From Camelus dromedarius (lineage: Eukaryota): a stretch of DNA of 64,000 nt. A program made the position numbers and the translations under genes. The stretch covers positions 40,736,001 through 40,800,000 of the forward strand of contig NC_087447.1 in NCBI RefSeq assembly GCF_036321535.1, in the 5' to 3' direction. Shown here one piece after another: positions 61,346 through 64,000 of the stretch (position 1 is its first letter; the number at the start of each line of letters is the position of its first letter). The notes below the pieces were generated by a model. The model saw nothing but the letters and a program-made list of their open reading frames with translations, ran no database searches and was not told the DNA's origin.

Positions 61346-61532
61346 CAGTGGTTCTAAATCTTGGCTGCATATTGGAATCACCTGGAGAGATTAAAAAAAA
61401 GTGAAACAAAACAAAAACGATGCCTGGACCCCATCTGCAGAGATTTTGCATCGGTCAGTCTGGGGTAGGTCTGGGCATTTGTAGTTCTGTTTCCCAGTTG
61501 GCGTTGTTGTGCAGCCAGGATTGGGAACTCGG
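61346..61532. mobile_element. MER5-family MITE (a second degenerate MER5-like copy abuts at about 61195-61340)
   Basis: cagtggttctaaatcttggctgcatattggaatcacctggaga...gatgcctggacccc...tgtgcagccaggattgggaac. Confidence 0.85.
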
Positions 61533-62564
61533 GGAAGCCGTTGCCTCAGGGACAGGGCCTGTCTGTGCTCTTTGGGTGCATGAGTCTGTGTGGGTGTGTT
61601 TTCTGGGCAGACTTGAACCCTGGGAGACATTTATGGCCTAGACCTGGGCTCACTCCAGGACACCGAGTGGTTGCCTTTGAATGTCTCTGGCTGGCCCTCA
61701 GATGGGCATGGCGGCCTCTGCTGTGTTCAGAGCATCTTGCTGGGAGCCCAGAGAAGAGCTTCTGTGGTGTTGCCCCTCCTTACTCTGAAGAGCCTCTCTG
61801 AAGGAGCAGAGGGCAACAGCTGCAGCTGGAACTGGCCAGTCCTGGGAGGCTTCTGATTATCAAAGGGTGAATGACTTAGCCTGGGCAGCAGCACCTGATG
61901 TCGTGGATGCCACGGAGCCACGAACTTGACACTTGGTGCCAGCTTCTGCATGTCAGTGGAAGAGCCAGCAGAGCACACCTCCCCTTCCCACCCGCCCTCC
62001 CTCCATGGGCACAGGTACACGCAGGGAGGCCTGTCTTCTCTCCATCAGGGGCCTCCCTCCTCCTGGACCCCAGGTTAGGAAGATGCTGTCCTCCACACAC
62101 ACAGCCCCTGTTCAGAAACGATCGATTTATTTCCCGCCTTTTATTAATCAGAGTCACATGTAACTGTTAAGCAGGGCTTCTGACTCCCAGTAGATAAGAT
62201 ATTTTTCTACCCTGAGTCTTCTAGAAATCTAACTCAAAGCCAAGGAAAGGATTCCCTTCGTTAACCTGTGTATGTTTTTTATTGCTGGGCCTTTTTGGAA
62301 CAGTTTGAAACACAAGAATACCCTGCCCTCTTTTTGGAACCTAAGAATACCCTGCCCAGGTCTCATCTCCAAGATCAGGTGAGATCGGGCACAGGCAGGC
62401 TGGTGCGACCACAGACCGGGTCTCACCTCCTGTCCTGTCTCCTCACTTCTGCCCCCACTTTGCCCCTCTGTGGCATCTTCAGCAAGTGCCTGAATCTTTC
62501 TGATGGAATGAATGACTTGGCCTCTTTTTCTCTCCCCAGGGAAATGAGACAGATGAATTCTCTA

Positions 62565-63450
62565 GCCTGTGGGGTTCAAACCATTTTCTTTAGCCAATGA
62601 CTCTTTCTTTAAAGGGTTTCCTCTGCAAAATCCTAATATGTAAACAGACTCAAAGCAGCGTAGTAAAGGGGGAAAGAGGGACCCTCAGACCCCTCCTTGC
62701 CCAAGCCCGGGGTCCGCTTTCCCCAAGGGGGCTCCACAGAAGCTCTTGAAAACTACTCTTAGCTAGGTTATTTTAAATGGGGGACATCTTCTCTCCTATG
62801 GAGGGGTCCGTATTCAAAGTCTTGGGATGGGAGGGTGTAGCTCAGTGGTAGAGTGCATGGTTAGCATGCACAAGGTCCTGGATTCCATCCCCGATACCTC
62901 CATTAAAAACAAACAAACAAACCTAATTGCCTCCCCCCAAAGAAAAACAAGAAAAAAAATTAAATGTTAAAAAAATTTTTTTAATATAAATAAAAAGAAA
63001 AGAAAAAGTCTTGGGAAAGTAGGGTGAGGTGGCATGCATACTTTGAAAAAGCATATTTATATTCCAAAATGGCCATTGTTCTTATTTGTTTCCAGTTGTG
63101 ATAGTTAATTTATTTCTTTTCAAATTGCGAGGAATAGGAAAGGAAGGATTTTTAATGTTTATGAAAAGGAGGCATTGATTTATAAAAGGTTGCAATCCAT
63201 TGACCTGAATCATTGTTTTACAAAATGCTGGTCACAACACATTAGTAGAATCATGGAATCAATTTCCTAGGTCACTACCAGCCTTCACTATTGACAGACT
63301 TGTAGCATAAACAGAATGTACCGGAGTTAGTCACACACAGTAAAGCTAAAGACTGTTTTGTAAATTGTGGTTTCCCTTATATATGTACAAGATAAAATGT
63401 GAAATGTAGTTCTTATTATGGGTTACAGTCAAAAGAGGCAGAGAGCACTG
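62565..63450. mobile_element. One or two adjacent degenerate hAT-Charlie elements, hosting a SINE
   Basis: ctgtggggttcaaac...ttgaaaactact (62565-62760); AT-rich body ending attatgggttacagtcaaaag...cactg. Confidence 0.45.
62828..63004 (+). mobile_element. Vic-1-type tRNA-Ala-derived SINE
   Basis: gggagggtgtagctcagtggtagagtgcatggttagcatgcacaaggtcctggattccatccccgatacctcca; perfect 12-bp TSD aaagtcttggga (62816-62827, 63005-63016). Confidence 0.93.
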
Positions 63451-64000
63451 GTCTGGATGGACATTTCTGCAGTTCCTTTGGGCTCTGCCTTTGCCTCCTG
63501 CCTGCGTTTGAGAACTCTGTGACCCACTCTACTGAGCTGGGCACTGATGAGGAGTGCAGGGAGACAAGGGCTCGAGAAGGCAGGACTGCTGGGTGGGGTG
63601 AACCCCTCCCCTCTAGAGAGCCCAGCCCCCCACGCACTGTCCAACAATTCCATTCCTTCTACTGGAGCCCGGCAGGAGGCGAGGAGGTTAAGATGGGGCT
63701 GCCCTTGACCACATCCATCGTCCAGGATGCTGACGGTGGTGTGCTGTACAAGGCGAGTGGTGTCGGTGTGCGAGGGTTCTGGGCACCCTCCATGGCCCCC
63801 AACAATGTGGAGGCTTGTCACCTCCAGGCTGCTCTGGTTCATGGAGGCCACTCCCAGGACCTGAGCTGTACCTCCCAGCTTCATGCTCCAGGTTGCCTTG
63901 GTTTTTGTGATTGCTCACATGCCATCCCACTGGGTCATGAGCCTTGGGAGCAGAGGGCAGCCTGGAGCTTAGCACCCACACTGGGAGGAATTCTCAGGGT

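Noticed and set aside
1..64000. The hundreds of 60-204 aa ORFs as genes, or as an operon-like system
   Set aside because: They overlap on all frames, many start at non-ATG codons, they have the Pro/Ser/Leu/Gly composition of GC-rich non-coding DNA, many lie in repeats, and none has a recognisable domain

Overview
This is mammalian genomic DNA, almost certainly from a camelid (camel, alpaca or llama). The evidence is four copies of a tRNA-Ala(AGC)-derived SINE matching the camelid Vic-1 family, plus cetartiodactyl-type L1 3' ends, and I saw no Alu, Bov-tA or PRE-1 elements. The window reads as intronic or intergenic sequence. A large fraction is interspersed repeat: MIR, L2, old L1M, young L1, MLT1/MLT2/LTR16/LTR33/MER21 solo LTRs, and hAT and Tigger MITEs. 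None of the short ORFs in the six-frame track resembles a protein I recognise, so no CDS is called. The best-supported points of interest are (1) an apparently young 449-bp ERV solo LTR with an intact TATA box, polyA signal, U3 repeats and a 4-bp TSD, nested in an MLT1D that is itself in a MIR; (2) several multi-level transposon nests with readable TSDs; (3) a candidate minus-strand terminal exon (about 53825-54692) and other candidate non-coding exons; (4) repeat-free, homeobox-motif-rich blocks that look like conserved enhancers; (5) an unexplained ~75-bp direct repeat pair 1.2 kb apart; and (6) Z-DNA, G4 and CTCF candidates. I found no support for a novel multi-gene system. Repeat family names come from recall of consensus sequences and need RepeatMasker/Dfam confirmation. 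Boundaries of old repeats are approximate.
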